Source: a virus
Lineage: Duplodnaviria > Heunggongvirae > Uroviricota > Caudoviricetes
Virus record (IMG/VR): IMGVR_UViG_2675903336_000001
Reading direction: 5' to 3' (one strand)
Length of the DNA: 7,532 nucleotides
Shown: piece after piece, positions 7,428 to 7,532 of the stretch
Layout of the letters: each line of letters opens with the position of its first letter
Position numbering within the stretch: position 1 is the first letter of the stretch
The notes under the pieces: generated by a model
The model's database searches: none
The model's input: only the letters and a program-made list of their open reading frames with translations
What the model was told of the DNA's origin: nothing
Position numbers and translations under genes: made by a program

Positions 7428-7532
7428 TGAGGTAGCCTGAGTTTAACGGACACTCCTTCCTGAAATAGAATGGCATCAGAAGGAGCTAATAATGAGCAGA
7501 AAAACCCAACGTTACTCTAAAGAGTTCAAAGC
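7428..7532 (+). mobile_element. IS3-family insertion sequence (IS600-like), left end, continues past the window
   Basis: Begins TGAGGTAGCCTGAGTTTAACGG... at 7428 (IS3-family ends typically start with TG). It contains an SD AGGAG and the orfA start at 7492. The end position is an estimate. Confidence 0.65.
7492..7532 (+). CDS. IS3-family transposase OrfA, N-terminal 13 codons (partial)
   Basis: ATG at 7492 is preceded by AGGAGctaata and translates to MSRKTQRYSKEFK, which matches the start of IS600-type OrfA as I recall it. Confidence 0.65.
   Translation, partial: MSRKTQRYSKEFK

Overview
This window is the distal tail-tip module of a lambda-like (lambdoid) prophage, all encoded on the minus strand, and it is cut at both ends by insertion sequences. 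Gene order on the minus strand (high to low coordinate) is: H tape-measure 3' fragment, M, L, K, I, J, the moron lom, and a side-tail-fibre (stf) 5' fragment. An IS3-family element (IS600-like OrfA start) truncates H at about 7428, and an IS21-family element (IstA start) truncates stf at about 141, so the prophage looks defective. Two N-masked blocks (1636-1885 and 3404-3656) both fall inside J. Across the first one, the J body and its receptor-binding C-terminus lie in different reading frames. lom is bracketed by two hairpin plus T-tract terminators. No tRNA, rRNA or CRISPR features were seen. All homology calls rest on recalled protein sequences, not on a search.
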